Origin: Eledone cirrhosa
Lineage: Eukaryota
Direction of reading: 5' to 3'
Length of the DNA stretch: 64,000 nt
Assembly: GCA_964016885.1 (NCBI GenBank)
Contig: OZ024740.1
Span: 155,930,001 to 155,994,000, forward strand
Numbering within the stretch: position 1 is the stretch's first letter; every line of letters begins with the position of its first letter. The translations under genes were made by a program, and so were the position numbers. Of this stretch, positions 1 to 15,674 are shown in pieces. The notes beneath the pieces are model-generated. The model did no database searches. It was given only the letters and a program-made list of their open reading frames with translations, and had not been told where the DNA came from.

Positions 1-2
1 CA

Positions 3-182
3 AATCCAGGATGCAGTTGCAGGAAGCCAGATGAATGCCCATTGCAGGGTAAATGTAACACCAAATCTGTTGTTTATGAGGCTAAAATAACACCGGTAAT
101 CAACAACCAGCCAGCCAGGAGTGAGCGATATGTCGGTATGACCCAGGACAGGTTTAAAACCAGATTTTACTCACATGTCGCT
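3..182 (+). pseudogene. PLE GIY-YIG endonuclease fragment (family distinct from the others)
   Basis: Frame 3 reads CSCRKPDECPLQGKCNTKSVVYEAKI...YVGMTQDRFKTRFYSH, then is interrupted by a PLE-A fragment. Confidence 0.8.
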
Positions 183-873
183 TAGTTAAAAGCTAAAGTC
201 GTGGCGTAGAATCGCCGCAGGTCGAACGACTTATCGGAGGGATTATAAAAAGTAGAGTTCCAGGCTGCTGCTTTATGTGTACTAGTGCTATTGTTAGTTG
301 TGTTGTTTCTATTTCTATTTCCACCAACAGCCTCATGGTTGTTTCTATGCCTCTCATTATTACTCCTGTCTCTTTCCTCTGAATCATTGTTATTATCTAC
401 TCTATTTTGTGTGTCTGTGTGTTCGTCTTGGTTATTTTCTCTGTCCATAGTCTCCCTTCTCCATTCAATCCTATTACCTTCCCTTATTTCTGTGCTACTG
501 TCATTACCTGTTTTCTGTGTCTGTGTTTGTTAAGATTGTGGTGGTGGTGAGAGGCACTTAATGTGTGTGTGTGTGTGTGTGTTGTTGTTGTTGATGTGTG
601 TTGTTGTTGTTGTCTCCGTGTATGTTATTATGAATGTGTGACGAAAGAACTTTGACAATATATAAACAACCATCTGGTTGTGGAACCAACCAACCAACCG
701 GAAATTTATAAATTCCTAAATTTATAAATTTATTATAATAAATTGAAGTGAAAGCAACTGGTGCGTGTGTTTCTTATTGGCAACATGACCCTCCCAAACT
801 ATAACAATATCAGTTTCAACACACGTTTTCAGATAAAGTATCTTATCTTGCTAAACAAATTCAGAAACGAAAT
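183..873. mobile_element. PLE-A remnant: inverted ORF N-terminal piece (183-630) plus 3' pseudo-LTR end (631-873)
   Basis: Matches the reverse complement of ~55290-55765 and the forward strand of ~58295-58530. Ends in (TA)n. Confidence 0.85.
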
Positions 874-880
874 ATATATA

Positions 881-956
<76 letters not shown>

Positions 957-980
957 ATATATATTTATAAATATATATAT

Positions 981-1543
981 AAACGGAAAAAATGAAACGA
1001 AATTTCATTTCCCACTCTTAGTACGGCTGTTACTTAAATATAAGTATGTATACGTACATAAATATATGTATACAGACGTACAGTAGTATGTATATATATA
1101 TACATACATGCACACATATATATATGTACGTATGGATTCACCGAACATTTATTATAATGCTCGGTGTGTTTGTAAACAAACATCCCGTATTAAGCCGTAG
1201 TGTCTAGCAACCATCGTTGCTCATTTGTTCAACACTGACAAAGGAACGCTGTACTAGTTTCAAGCTTATTAGCTATCGTCAGCAACGTATACCTTCCTGC
1301 CATATGATTGAACGTCTGAAAGTATATACTTTCCTTATGCATATTAACGGCTGAGCAGCCTAATTTACATATCGAGTGGGTTAATCGGCCGGGTGCACCG
1401 AAAACGATAAACGGAAAAAATCAAACGAAATTTCATTTCCCACTCTTAGTACGGCTGTTACTTAAATATAAGTATGTATACGTACTTACATATATGTATA
1501 CAGACGTACAGTAGTATGTATATATATATATACATACATGCAT

Positions 1544-1545
<2 letters not shown>
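981..1545 (-). mobile_element. Family E hammerhead-bearing tandem repeat (retrozyme-like), ~1.3 monomers, period ~428 bp
   Basis: Direct repeat at 981 and 1409, no ORF, (TA)n flanks, hammerhead inside. Confidence 0.8.
1247..1287 (-). ncRNA. Minimal type I hammerhead ribozyme (family E)
   Basis: CGTTG-CTGACGA-TAGCT AATA AGCTT-GAAA-CTAG-TA-CAGCG. Confidence 0.82.
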
Positions 1546-1603
<58 letters not shown>

Positions 1604-1729
1604 TCATTAGATAAGCAAAACAAGACCACAAATTTCACAAGGAAGACATTATTAAAAAATTGTCAACATATTTTAGTTTGATGTAAGGAAGGTAGAGAAC
1701 AATAATAATAATAATATTAATAATAATAA

Positions 1730-2665
1730 TTGTTTCTACTTTAGGCACAAGGCCAGCAATCACCCAATGCATTACTGGTATTTTATTTTATCGACCCGGT
1801 AAGGATGAAAGGCAAAGTCAACCTCCGCGGGATTTGAACTCAGATCGTAAAGGCACCTAACTATGCTGGAAAATATGGCGTCTGACCCTCTACCGATACT
1901 GCCAATCCACCGCCCTTAATAATAATATTAATAATAATTGTTTATATTTTAGGCACAAGGCCAGCAATTAACCAGTCCATTACTGGTACTTTATTTTATC
2001 GACTCCGTATGGATGAAAGGCAAAGTTAAGCTCGGCGGGATTTGAACTCAGATCATAAAGGGACTTAAATAATATTAATAATAATTGTTTCTACTTTAGC
2101 CACAAGGCCAGCAATTACCCAGTGCATTACTGGTACTTTATTTTAAATTATATTAAATAATATTAATAATAATAATGTCCGTTTATAATTGTTTCGCTAC
2201 TCCATATGATATTTCTGGATCAGATGACTATATATCATAATTGATCTGGTTCAGTTGAAAATAATTAACATATTTAAAAGACAGAGCGGCTCATCGGAAC
2301 TTCAATGAAATATAAATTAAAATAATTGTTTCTACTTTAGGCACAAGGTCAGCAATTACCCAGTACATTACTGGTACCTTATTTTATCGACCCCGTAAGG
2401 ATGAAAGGCAAAGTTAACCTCGGCGGGATTTGAACTCAGAATGTAAAGGGACGTAACTATGCTAGAAAGCATGGCGTCCAACCCTCTACCGATACTGCCA
2501 ATTCACCGCCCTTAATAATAATATTAATAATAATTGTTTCTATTTTCGGCGCAAGGCCAGCAATTACCCAGTACATTACTGGTACTTTAATTTATCGACC
2601 CCGTTAGGATGAAAGGCAAAGTTAACCTCGGCGGGATTTGAACTCAGATCATAAAGGGACGTAAA
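1730..2665 (-). mobile_element. Cluster of tRNA-derived SINE copies (Deu/Nin-like central domain) in (TAA)n, with local tandem duplication
   Basis: Repeated GAGTTCAAATCC B-box and GCCTTTCATCC..GGGTCGATAAAATAAAGTACCAG on the minus strand. Segment 2160-2325 is repeated at 2670-2835. Confidence 0.75.
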
Positions 2666-3478
2666 TATTATTAATAATAATAATGTCCGTTTACAATTGT
2701 TTCGCTACTCCATATAATATTTCTGGATCAGATGACTATATATCATAATTGATCTGGTTCAGTTGAAAATAATTAACATATTTAAAAGACAGAGCGGATC
2801 AACGGAACTTCAAAGTAATATAAATTAAAATAATGAATGTTGCATAATATAATGTTCCATATATAGGTTTTTTACTATGGTGTCTTGGTTGCATCAGTTG
2901 TCAGCCATAATCAAGCAGTATTCATCTCTCGAGGCTGCATTGTGTGAGATCTGCCTATGGATAACAAGATGGCTGCCAAAGAACATATTTACCTTACTAA
3001 TTAGAGGGTGGTTTCAGGGGAAGTAACTCCTCGAGAGATTAGACAGTGGGTATTTATAGTTAAGTGCTAATTTAAAAATTTTGTAATTGAGAGAAAATGT
3101 AGGGGAGGTAACTTATAATTATCTAAGTTGTTTATAGCAATTTAACTTATTACTATTATTACTATTATTATTATTCTCTACATTCCTTACATCAAACTAA
3201 AATATGTTGACAATCTTTTAATAATGTCTTCCTTGTGAAATTTGTGGTCGGGTTTTGCTTAACTAATGAATATTTCCAGCTCTGCGCACCTAACTTCTGC
3301 ATGAACCCAGCCACCTAGCTGCTTTCTACTGCATATTGCACATTGAGCACATGCCTTTACGCTTTGGCTTCTAACTAATTCACCAATCTCTCCTCTCATA
3401 TCTCTTCTCCTATCTCCATCTCTCTCTTTAAGATTGGTTACTCTTGAACTGTGTATATAAATATATATATATATAAAT

Positions 3479-3536
<58 letters not shown>

Positions 3537-3544
3537 TTATATAA

Positions 3545-3576
<32 letters not shown>

Positions 3577-3662
3577 ATATTTAAATATATATATATATTT
3601 AAATATATATATATATATTTAAATATATATATATATATTTAAATATATATATGTATATTTAA

Positions 3663-3712
<50 letters not shown>

Positions 3713-3736
3713 ATATTTAAATATATATATATATAT

Positions 3737-5195
3737 TTGCTGGATGCTTTCCATTGTGTTTTTCTGAGAAAAACGCAATGGAAAGCATCCAGCAAATAGC
3801 TAACTCCATCCACCAGAGTATTAGAGTTACTATAGACTACCCAAGCAAACACCCCAACCATCGATTACCTGTACTAGACACAGAGCTCTGGTTAGATACC
3901 ATTAATAACAAAAAACATATCCTCCATTCCCATTATACCAAACCCATGTCTTCCAAATATCTGATCCACCGAAACTCAGATGTTTCGGACCATACCAAAA
4001 TCAACATACTGATTGCGGATATTGTAGGGGTGATGAGAAACGTGTCCCTCATGTGCAACCCCGAAGAACTAGAGAGACACATACAACACTTCATCCACCG
4101 TATGCAGTTCTCTGGTTACAATTAGTGAGATAAAATCAGAGTGTATAGAGGAGCCAGAACCAAATGTGAAAAAATGGTAAATAATGACACAAATGGGACC
4201 TGCCCCTTGTATAGGAGCAAATTTTGGAATAGAATAGAAAGAACTAGGAATAAGGCTAATAGAATAAACTCATCGATACAACCCCTAGAGGTGAATTAGC
4301 TTACAAATGTAGAAGGGCCCTAGATAAACATAAACTCAATATTAAGATAGTAGAAAGACAGGTACCTCCATAAAAACACTTATTAGCAAGACATACCCTT
4401 TTCAAAGACCCCCTGTATAGATAAGAAATGTATAACCTGTAAATTAAGCCCCCATATTAACTGTAAAACGAGAAATGTAGTATATAGCATAAGATGTACT
4501 GAAGGATAATGTAGAGACAAAAATATAGTGTACATAGGTGAGACAGCTCGTAGTGTAGGGGAACGGATAAATGAACACTGGCGAGACCTTCAAGATAGTA
4601 AAGAATCATCTGTACTCTACCAACATGCTAAAATAGAACATAAGGGTAAATTAGAGTGCATAGAAATAAAAATAGAATCTACACACAGAAAAGACGCAAT
4701 GTTTAGACAAATCACAGAGGCAATAAACATAAAAGAATTACAACCAAAATTAAATAGAAAATATGAGTGGAACAGCAACATCACAACTTACAATTCAGGA
4801 AAAAAGGAAAACACACACGCACATAGAACAAACAACCAACCTGTAACATGTAAATAAACAAATAAATAAACGAATATAAACACACACAGACACCCGGTTG
4901 TGGCGCATGCGCAGACTGAGCACACAACACACACACAGAAACAAGATGGCGTAGGACAGAACAAAGGAGAGACACAAAAACAAAGAAAAGAATCCCCAGT
5001 CACTGAGGAGGTCACAGAATGTGTGACGAAAGAACTTTGACAATATATAAACAACCATCTGGTTGTGGAACCAACCAACCAACGGGAAATTTATAAATTC
5101 CTAAATTTATAAATTTATTATAATAATAAATTGAAGTGAAAGCAACTGGTGCGTGTGTTTCTTATTGGCAACATAACCCTTCCAAAGTATAACAA
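3737..5195 (+). mobile_element. PLE-A 5'-truncated degenerate copy (RT thumb + GIY-YIG + pLTR)
   Basis: Homologous to 57000-58470. Short fold-back at 3737-3795 and (TA)n on both sides. Confidence 0.9.
4999..5041 (+). ncRNA. Hammerhead motif in PLE-A pLTR
   Basis: GTCA-CTGAGGA-G-GTCACA GAATG TGTGAC-GAAA-GAAC-TT-TGAC. Confidence 0.7.
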
Positions 5196-5395
5196 TATAT
5201 ATATATATATTTATATATATATATACATATATATGTATATATTTATATATATATATATATCTATATATATATATATACATATATATGTATATATTTATAT
5301 ATATATATATATCTATATATTTATATATATATATATATAAATATATTTATATATATATATATATCTATATATTTATATATATATATATATAAATA

Positions 5396-5528
<133 letters not shown>

Positions 5529-5533
5529 TTATA

Positions 5534-5568
<35 letters not shown>

Positions 5569-5871
5569 TTATATATTTATATATATATATATATATACTT
5601 ATATATTTATATATATATATATATATGTATATACTTATATATTTATATATATATATATATATTTATATTGGTAAACGGAATAGAAAATGCTGACAAATTG
5701 TTCACAGTTGAAAAATGGTTTAATTAGGAATAAAAGAGTATTAGTAATTGTATGGGTTAGTATTCAGTTGTGGTTTTAAGTTTTTAAGTTTTTACCGGTT
5801 GCGCATTTCTAAATGCTTTTCAAAAATAATTTTGTGATAGAGTGTCCGTGTTGTTTGCTCTGATATATATT

Positions 5872-6046
<175 letters not shown>

Positions 6047-6222
6047 ATATATATATATTTATCTATTTATATATATATATATATATAAATTTATATATAT
6101 ATATATATATATATTTATGTATATATTTCGTTTCTGAATTTGTTTAGCAAGATTCTTTATCTGAAATATTTATATATATATTTATATATATATATTTATA
6201 TATATATATTTATATATATATA

Positions 6223-6290
<68 letters not shown>

Positions 6291-6304
6291 TATATATATA
6301 TATA

Positions 6305-7263
6305 TGTAAGTATGTATGTATACGTACATACATATATGTATATAGACGTACAGTAGCATGCATATATATATCTATATATATATACATATATATACACATA
6401 TGCATACAGGTACACATACATATATGCACGCATCAGTTTAGCCGACGTTTATTATAACGCCGGCCGCTGTGTCAGTGTTGAACAAAAAGGTGACGTGGTT
6501 GCCTTAACACCGTATGGCATAAATTCAGCTGTTCGCTTTGTTGACAAACAAACGAACAAAGCGGCCGGCGTTATAATAAACGTCGGCTAAACTGATGCGT
6601 GCATATATGTATGTGTACCTGTATGCATATGTGTACATATATGTATATATATATAGATATATATATGCATGCTACTGTACGTCTGTATACATATATGTAT
6701 GTACGTATACATACATACTTACATCTAAGTAAGTGCCATACTAAGAGTGAGAAATGAAACTTCGTTTTCATTTTTTTCAACTTATCGTTTTCGGTATGCC
6801 TGACCGATTTAACTCACTCAATATGCAAATTAGGCTGCTCAGCCGTTAATTTTCATAAGGAAAGTATATACTTTCGAACGTTCAACTATCTGGCAGATGG
6901 GTAAACGGTGCTGATGATAGCTAACAAGCTTGAAACTAGTACATCGTTCCTGTGTCAGTGTTGAACAAAAAGGTGACATGGTTGCCTTAACACCGTATGG
7001 CATAAATTCAGGCTGTTCGCTTTGTTGACAAACAAACGAACAAAGCGGCCGGCGTTATAATAAACGTCGGCTAAACTAATGCGTGCATATATGTATGTGT
7101 ACCTGTATGCATATATGTATATATATGTATATATATATAGATATATATATGCATGCTACTGTACGTCTGTATACATATATGTATGTACGTATACATACAT
7201 ACTTACATTTAAGTAAGTGCCATACTAAGAGTGAGAAATGAAACTTCGTTTTCATTTTTTTCA
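6305..7263 (+). mobile_element. Family E repeat: inverted arm (6305-6467) plus ~1.65 tandem monomers (period ~483 bp)
   Basis: Direct repeat at 6467 and 6951, inverted left arm, (TA)n flanks. Confidence 0.85.
6906..6946 (+). ncRNA. Minimal type I hammerhead ribozyme (family E)
   Basis: CGGTG-CTGATGA-TAGCT AACA AGCTT-GAAA-CTAG-TA-CATCG, with palindromic stem III ACTAGT. Confidence 0.85.
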
Positions 7264-7266
7264 ACT

Positions 7267-7517
<251 letters not shown>

Positions 7518-7588
7518 ATATAAATATATATATATATTTATATATATATATATATATTTATATATATAAATATATATATATAAATATA

Positions 7589-10500
7589 TTGTTGTTGTTA
7601 TTGTTGTTTGTGTCTGTGTGTCTGTTGACAGACACAAACAACAATAACAACAACAATAGCAACATACCCAGATACAACAACAACAATAGCAAGATACCCA
7701 GATACAACAGACACGCCGACACAAACAACAATAACAACACACACGGAGACAGCAATAACAACACACACATCAACAACAACAACAATAGCAACATACCCAG
7801 ATACAACAACAACAGACACGCAAACACAAACAACAATAACAACACACACAACAACGATAACACACACACACACGGAGACAACAACAACACACATCAACAA
7901 CAACACACATCAACAACAACAACACACACGCATTCAATGCCTCTCACCACCACCACAATCTTAACAAACACACAGACACATAAAACAAGTAATGTCAGTA
8001 GCACAGAAATCAGAGAAATAAGAGAAAGTAATAGGATTAAAAGGAAAAGGAGATGGGAGACTAAGGACAAAGAGAATAACCAAGACGAACACACAGACAC
8101 ACAAAATAGGGTAGATAACAAGATTGAGCCAGTGGAAAGAGACAGGAGTAATTATGAGAGACATAGAAACAACCATGAAGCTGAGGCTGCTGCTGTTGGT
8201 GGAAATAGAAACAACACAACTAACAATAACAATAGCACTAGTACACATAAAGCAGCAGCCTGGAACTCTCCGTTTTATAACCCCTCCGATAAATCATTCG
8301 ACCTACGACGAGTCCACGCCACGACTTTGCCATTTAACAAACGCACGCAGTTGCCGTCGCAGGTCGATGAACAAACAGAAGCACAATTTAGTATAGCTAA
8401 ATCCGAACTTAGAAATATTATAGAACAGTATAGCAAGAAGCATAATAGAATAGAGGCCCAGCAACTGGGAGAAGAATCTGCAAATAGCTTGCGTAAGCTC
8501 ATGCAGCGCTCGCGTAATGGAGAGATAGCATGCTTTCCAACAGACAAGTCTGGCAGAATGTCGGTTGACAGCCTGCCAAACTACATCCAGGCAATGCAAC
8601 CCCACATCACTAACACAAGAGAGGTAACACCACAGGAGCATGAGGATAGAGAAAAAACCCTCAATGCCCATATGGTGATGTGGACAAATATAATGCAGCC
8701 CAACAAAAGGACTGCCAACAACTTCCAGGCCTGGAACAATGACGTGCCGGCGTTGTATGGGCTTCGAAAAGACCATAAAACGGGCTGGGACCCTGTCGCA
8801 GGACCACCAACACGGCCAGTCTGTGGGGCTAACATTGCTAGTAACTACAGACTGTCCTCTCCCTGATCATACGCCCCATCATTGAGATGTCCCCAGATGT
8901 GTGTGACAGCACGGAGGACCTCCTCAGCAGAATCGGCGCGGGTAACCGATCTGGGGACCTAACAAACTGCATAATAGGCAGTATGGATGTTGTGTCCCTG
9001 TATCCATCTATTGACGTGGACTTTGCTGTGGAGAAATGCGTCGAAATGATCAGCGAGAGCAAGGTTGAGTTCCGTGGGATTGATACCAGTGAGCTGGGAC
9101 TTCTACTTAAGCTTACCCATAGTAATAGTTACCTAGACACTTATGACCTTAGCAACCTGTGCCCTACAAGACCAGCAAGAGGCAGACCACCTACCATTAC
9201 CTCAATGGCCAAGAAAACCCACACAGATAGATGGAACGGGTGGACCAGAGCCATACGGACACCCGAAAACCACGATGAACTGAAGAAAATGATTGCACAT
9301 GCGGTAGGGGCCAGCATAAAATAAACCCTTAAGGAACATATGTTCAAATTTAATGGTAAAACATATGCCCAAGAGGAAGGAGCAACCATTGGTGTTAGCA
9401 TTGCAGGCGACATAGCTAACTTATTCATGGTATGGTGGGACAGTAGACTTAAACAAAAACTTAATGAACAATTAGAAGACAGCTTAACCCTGATAATGTA
9501 CTCCCGCTACGTAGATGATATAAACATCGTAGTTAAGACACCCCCACTAAAGAACAGTCAGGAACTAGAGTAAAACACAATGGAAAGCATCCAGCAAATA
9601 GCAAACTCCATCCACCAGAGCATTAGAGTTACTATAGACTACCCAAGTAGACACCCCAACCATCGATTACCTGTACTAGACACAGAGCTCTGGTTAGATA
9701 CAATTAACAACCAAAAACAAATCCTCCATTCCCATTATGCCAAACCCATGACTTCCAAACATCTGATCCACCGAAACTCGGCCATTTCGGACCATACCAA
9801 AATCAACATACTGATTGCGGATTTGGTACGGGTGATGAGAAATGTGTCCCGCATGTGCAACCCCGAAGAACTAGAGAGACACATACAACACTTCATCCAC
9901 CGTATGCAGTTCTCTGGCTACAATCAGAGAGATAGAATCAGAGTGTACAAAGGAGCCAGAACCAAATGGGAAAAAATGGTAAATAATGACATAAATGGGA
10001 CCTGCCCCTTGTATAGGAGCAAATTTTGGAATAGAATAGAAAGAACTAAGAACAAGGCCAATAGAATAAACTCATGGTATGATAGCAATAAATACCAGAG
10101 TGTAATGTTCATCAATACAACCCCTAGAGGCGAACTAGCCTACAAATTTAGAAGGGCCCTAAAGAAACATAATCTCAATATTAAGATAGTAGAAAGACCT
10201 GGTACCTCCGTAAAAACACTTATTAGCAAGACATACCCGTTCCAAAGACCCTCATGTATAGATAAGAAATGTATAACCTGTAAAATAAGCCCCCATATTA
10301 ACTGTAAAACTAGAAATGTAGTATATAGCATAAGATGTACTGAAGGACAATGTAGAAACAAAAATATAGTGTACATAGGTGAGACAGCTCGTAGTATAGG
10401 GGAACGAATAAATGAACACTGGCGAGACCTCCAAGATAATAAAGCATCATCTGTGCTCTACCAACATGCTAAGATAGAACACAGGGGTAAATTAGAGAGC

Positions 10501-11203
10501 ATAGAAATAAAAATAGAATCCACACACAAGAAAGACGCAATGTTTAGGCAAATTACAGAGGCAGTAAGCATAAAAGAATTAAAACCAAAATTAAATAGAA
10601 AATATGAGTGGAACAGCAACATCACAACTTACAATTAAGGACAAAATGAAAACACACACACACATAGAACAAACAACTTACAATTGAAAACACACACAAA
10701 ATGAAAACACACACAAGACAAAATGAAAACACACACACACATAGAACAAACAACCAACCAACAATAAATAAATAAATAAACAAACAAATAGAAAAATATA
10801 AATAGAAAAATAGAAAAATGAACACAAACACACACAGACACCCGGATGTGGCGCATGCGCAAACTGAGCACGCAACCCACACACAAACAAAATGGCGTAG
10901 GATAGAAGAAAGGAAAGGCACAGAAACGAAGAAAGAAATCCCCAGTCACTGAAGAGGTCACAGAGTGTGTGACGAAAGAACTATGACTATATATATATAA
11001 ACAACTATCTGGTTGTGGAACCAACCAACCAACCAGAAATTTATAAATTTGTAAATTTATAAATATATAATAAATTAAATTGAAGTGAAACAACTGGTGC
11101 GTGTGTTTCTTATTGGCAACATGACCCTCCCAAAGTATAACAATATCGGTTTCAACACACGATTTCAGATAAAGAATCTTGCTAAACAAATTCAGAAACG
11201 AAA
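7589..11203 (+). mobile_element. PLE-A 5'-truncated copy with disrupted RT-GIY-YIG ORF and 3' pLTR
   Basis: RT motifs GLRKDHK..RPV, SMDVVSLYPSI, IGVSIAGDIANLFM, YSRYVDD. EN motif NVVY..YIGETAR..ERINEH. Stops at ~9322 and ~9571. Short inversion at the 5' end. Confidence 0.93.
10944..10988 (+). ncRNA. Hammerhead motif in PLE-A pLTR
   Basis: AGTCA-CTGAAGA-G-GTCACA GAGTG TGTGAC-GAAA-GAAC-TA-TGACT. Confidence 0.78.
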
Positions 11204-11240
<37 letters not shown>

Positions 11241-11301
11241 TTATATATATATATTTATATATATATATTTATTTATATATATATATTTATATATATATAT
11301 T

Positions 11302-11511
<210 letters not shown>

Positions 11512-11521
11512 TTTATATATA

Positions 11522-11566
<45 letters not shown>

Positions 11567-11640
11567 ATATATATTTATATATAAAGTTATATATATATAT
11601 ATACATTTATATATAAATATATATATTTATATATATTTAA

Positions 11641-11677
<37 letters not shown>

Positions 11678-11895
11678 AATATATATATTTATATATATAT
11701 ATATAAATTTAAATATATATATATAAATTTAAATATATATATATAAATTTAAATATATATTTATATATATATTTATATATATATTTATATATATTTATAT
11801 ATATATTTATATATAAATTTAAATATATATTTATATATATATTTATATATATTTATATATATATTTATATATATATTTAAATATATATGTATATT

Positions 11896-11928
<33 letters not shown>

Positions 11929-12002
11929 TTAAATATATATATATATTTATATCTATATATCTATATATATATATATATATATATATAAATATATATATAT
12001 AA

Positions 12003-12033
<31 letters not shown>

Positions 12034-12034
12034 A

Positions 12035-12065
<31 letters not shown>

Positions 12066-12082
12066 AATATATATATAAATAT

Positions 12083-12167
<85 letters not shown>

Positions 12168-12170
12168 AAT

Positions 12171-12203
<33 letters not shown>

Positions 12204-12227
12204 AATATATATATATATATGTATATT

Positions 12228-12279
<52 letters not shown>

Positions 12280-12291
12280 TATATATATATT

Positions 12292-12454
<163 letters not shown>

Positions 12455-12455
12455 T

Positions 12456-12506
<51 letters not shown>

Positions 12507-12518
12507 TTATATATAAAT

Positions 12519-12555
<37 letters not shown>

Positions 12556-12582
12556 AATATATATATATATAAATATATATAA

Positions 12583-12629
<47 letters not shown>

Positions 12630-12649
12630 TATATATATAAATATATATT

Positions 12650-13205
12650 TTGAGTTTATGTTGGTTGTATACCAACACCTCAGTATGCAGGCTGGAGCAC
12701 TCGACGAAGTGCGCAGGTTGGTTTGGTTACTCCGGAGTAGTGTAAAATAAAGTTAAATAAAAGTCAAATGATTAAAATTTAGCTTCGTTTATTACTGCTA
12801 TATATATTTCAGTGACAGCCATCTTTGGCTGTGACCTCTTCAGGCAGTTTGAATTAGTATGGTATAGACAAGTACATATGTTGTTTAGGTGTATGATATT
12901 GTCAATACTCTGATATGCCCAGTTCCTTGTTGGGTTGTTAATTCACTGGGGAACTGGAGTCATATCTCTTTCAATTGTAAGTGATATGACTCCAGTTCCC
13001 CAGTGAATTAACAACCCAACAAGGAACTGGGCATATCAGAGTATTGACAATATCATACACCTAAACAACATATGTACTTGTCTATACCATACTAATTCAA
13101 ACTGCCTGAAGAGGTCACAGCCAAAGATGGCTGTCACTGAAATATATATAGCAGTAATAAACGAAGCTAAATTTTAATCATTTGACTTTTATTTAACTTT
13201 ATTTT
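12650..13205. mobile_element. Family F fold-back element (~222-bp perfect inverted arms) with a hammerhead in each arm
   Basis: 12745-12966 is the reverse complement of 12983-13205. (TA)n flanks. Confidence 0.88.
13101..13155 (+). ncRNA. Type I hammerhead (family F); mirror copy at 12794-12848 on minus strand
   Basis: ACTGC-CTGAAGA-GGTCACAGCCA AAGA TGGCTGTCACT-GAAA-TATATA-TA-GCAGT. Confidence 0.85.
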
Positions 13206-13236
13206 ATATAAATATATATATATATATAAATATAAA

Positions 13237-13270
<34 letters not shown>

Positions 13271-13287
13271 AATATATATAAATATAT

Positions 13288-13320
<33 letters not shown>

Positions 13321-13585
13321 AATATATATAAATATATATATATATATATAAATATATATAAATATATATATATATATATAAATATATATAAATATATATA
13401 TATATATAAATATATATATCAATATATATAAATATATATATATATAAATATATATAAATATATATATATATATATATCAATATATATAAATATATATATA
13501 TATATAAATATTTATATATATATATATCAATATATATAAATATATATATATATATAAATATTTATATATATATATATATATCAAT

Positions 13586-13620
<35 letters not shown>

Positions 13621-13622
13621 AA

Positions 13623-13655
<33 letters not shown>

Positions 13656-13795
13656 CAATATATATAAATATATATATATATATATCAATATATATAAATA
13701 TATATATATATATATCAATATATATAAATATATATATATATATATCAATATATATATAAATATATATATTTATATATATATATATATATCAATAT

Positions 13796-13869
<74 letters not shown>

Positions 13870-13873
13870 ATAT

Positions 13874-13977
<104 letters not shown>

Positions 13978-13994
13978 TTATATATATATATATT

Positions 13995-14025
<31 letters not shown>

Positions 14026-14052
14026 TTATATATATATATATTTATATATATA

Positions 14053-14138
<86 letters not shown>

Positions 14139-14214
14139 ATTTATATATATATTTATATATATTTATATATTTAATACATTAACAGAGAAAGTTTTATATA
14201 TTTATATATATATT

Positions 14215-14288
<74 letters not shown>

Positions 14289-14704
14289 CATATATATATA
14301 TATATATTTATATATATACATATATATATATTTATATATATACATATATATATATACATATATATATATATATTTATATATATACATATATATATATATA
14401 TTTATATATATACATATATATATATATATTTATATATATACATATATATATATTTATATATATACATATATATATATATATTTATATATATACATATATA
14501 TATATATATTTATATATATACATATATATATATATATTTATATATATACATATATATATATATATTTATATATTTATATATATATTTATATATTTATATA
14601 TATATTTATATATTTATATATTTATATATATATTTATATATTTATATATATATTTATATATATATATTTATATATTTATATATATATTTATATATATATA
14701 TATT

Positions 14705-14765
<61 letters not shown>

Positions 14766-14776
14766 ATATTTATAGT

Positions 14777-14828
<52 letters not shown>

Positions 14829-14889
14829 TATATATATATATAAATATATATATAAATATATATATATATAAATATATATATATATAAAT

Positions 14890-14939
<50 letters not shown>

Positions 14940-14950
14940 TTATATATATT

Positions 14951-14982
<32 letters not shown>

Positions 14983-15008
14983 TATATATATATATATTTA
15001 TATATATA

Positions 15009-15071
<63 letters not shown>

Positions 15072-15184
15072 ATATATTTTTATATATATATATTTATATA
15101 TATATATATTTATATATATATATAAATATATATATTTATATATATTTAAATATATATATAAATATATTTATATATATATATATT

Positions 15185-15217
<33 letters not shown>

Positions 15218-15257
15218 TTAAATATATATATAAATATATATATTTATATATATTTAA

Positions 15258-15293
<36 letters not shown>

Positions 15294-15462
15294 ATATATA
15301 TATTTATATATATATATAAATATATATATATATAAATTTAAATATATATTTATATATATATTTATATATAAATTTAAATATATATTTATATATATATTTA
15401 TATATATTTATATATATATTTATATATATATTTAAATATATATATATATATATTTATATATT

Positions 15463-15671
<209 letters not shown>

Positions 15672-15674
15672 TAT

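Noticed and set aside
9320-9575. In-frame stops in PLE ORFs as recoding or selenocysteine signals
   Set aside because: The stops are TAA/TAG and differ between copies, so they are ordinary mutations.
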